NCBI GenBank assembly: GCA_965219095.1
Contig: CBDCMT010000001.1
Span: 2,144,001-2,208,000, forward strand
DNA length: 64,000 nucleotides
Direction of reading: 5' to 3'
Source of the DNA: Bdellovibrionales bacterium
GTDB taxonomy: Bacteria; Bdellovibrionota; Bdellovibrionia; Bdellovibrionales; UBA1609
The notes below the pieces were generated by a model that saw only the letters and a list, made by a program, of their open reading frames with translations, did not search any database and was not told the origin of the DNA. This document shows positions 63,224-64,000 of the stretch, piece after piece (the stretch's first letter is position 1; each line of letters opens with the position of its first letter). The translations under genes and the position numbers were made by a program.

Positions 63224-64000
63224 ATGAAAATAAAGCTTTTAATCTTATTTTTAATGTGTTCTCTTCTTTTCATATTTCAGAATTGCACTCATCCTATCTA
63301 TGAAGACATGAATTCTCTTTCAATAACACACCAGAACTTTAAAGCAGGAGCCTTTCCTTTAGATGTAACGTTTGACTCCTTTGTTTTTACTACTTGCAAT
63401 CAAGAAGGCTGGCAAGGTGAGTTAGAACACAACAAGTTTACCTTTAAATTAGGGGCCTTAAGAGATACAAGCGGAGTTCGTCTTAACCCTTATTTTGTAG
63501 ATACATTGAAAAACAACTTCACAAGTGATGAGAGGAAAAAGCACATTTTAAATACTTATTACTCTAACACCGTGATCCCCTTTTTTATGGAATTTTCTTT
63601 AAGAACCTTTTCAAGGTTCAGTCTCATCAGTAGAAAAGAAGAAGATCTAATTGAATCCATAGGAGTTTTTCCTCGTTCCTTTCCTATTAACAACAAAAAA
63701 ATAATTGAACCCTTAGTGAATTCACATATGTCATCTCATAAGGAAAAAAACTTTTTTAATAAGCTTGCTTTGTACGAAAAAAACTTAGAACTTTCTATTA
63801 ACATGAGAAACATTAATCTTAGAGATATACAAAAAGATTCTTTTCTACTGATCTCTTATAGACAAAAAGGAGTTCTTCTTGATGAAGTTCCTATGTATCC
63901 TAAAATAGAAGAAGATGATGAAAATTATAGATGGTCTTCTTTTGGAAAAGCCTATAAGCCAATAATGTCCTCTAAAGAACGATTTGTAAGGGAACTTGTT
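63224..64000 (+). CDS. Hypothetical lipoprotein, 3'-partial
   Basis: MKIKLLILFLMCSLLFIFQNC lipobox; frame appears open to the window end, so it is absent from the ORF track. Confidence 0.75.
   Translation, partial: MKIKLLILFLMCSLLFIFQNCTHPIYEDMNSLSITHQNFKAGAFPLDVTFDSFVFTTCNQEGWQGELEHNKFTFKLGALRDTSGVRLNPYFVDTLKNNFTSDERKKHILNTYYSNTVIPFFMEFSLRTFSRFSLISRKEEDLIESIGVFPRSFPINNKKIIEPLVNSHMSSHKEKNFFNKLALYEKNLELSINMRNINLRDIQKDSFLLISYRQKGVLLDEVPMYPKIEEDDENYRWSSFGKAYKPIMSSKERFVRELV

Noticed and set aside
1..64000. CRISPR array or cas genes
   Set aside because: The repeats are dispersed IS ends; there are no regularly spaced repeat-spacer units and no Cas motifs

Overview
AT-rich bacterial chromosome segment, most consistent with a Bdellovibrionota-like organism. 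That assignment is an inference from FQNC-type lipoproteins, a CPAF-like protease, mevalonate kinase and an xseA-xseB-ispA-tlyA cluster lacking dxs. Housekeeping genes (rnr, purK/purE, ridA, lolC/E-like, mvk, dsbA-like, dut, tatA, pepP, tlyA, ispA, xseAB, tRNA-Ser) are interspersed with roughly one third IS-derived DNA (IS1634, IS66, IS630, IS5, IS3, IS30, IS982, plus ISL3-like and IS481-like ends), most of it nested, frameshifted or cut down to small scars. Main observations: (1) an 8-bp IS66 target duplication split 21.8 kb apart, framing a composite-transposon-like block of housekeeping genes; (2) an IS-bounded inverted duplication giving two mosaic M3 peptidases next to identical acyltransferases; (3) an intact DUF4011 helicase-nuclease (Hhe-like defence gene) coupled to a destroyed Schlafen/AlbA_2 gene; (4) an IS630 with a 3-bp TWA target duplication; (5) 38-70 bp IS scars; (6) a serine-recombinase remnant reading into tRNA-Ser. 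No CRISPR array or rRNA was seen. All calls come from motif recognition and manual alignment, not database searches.
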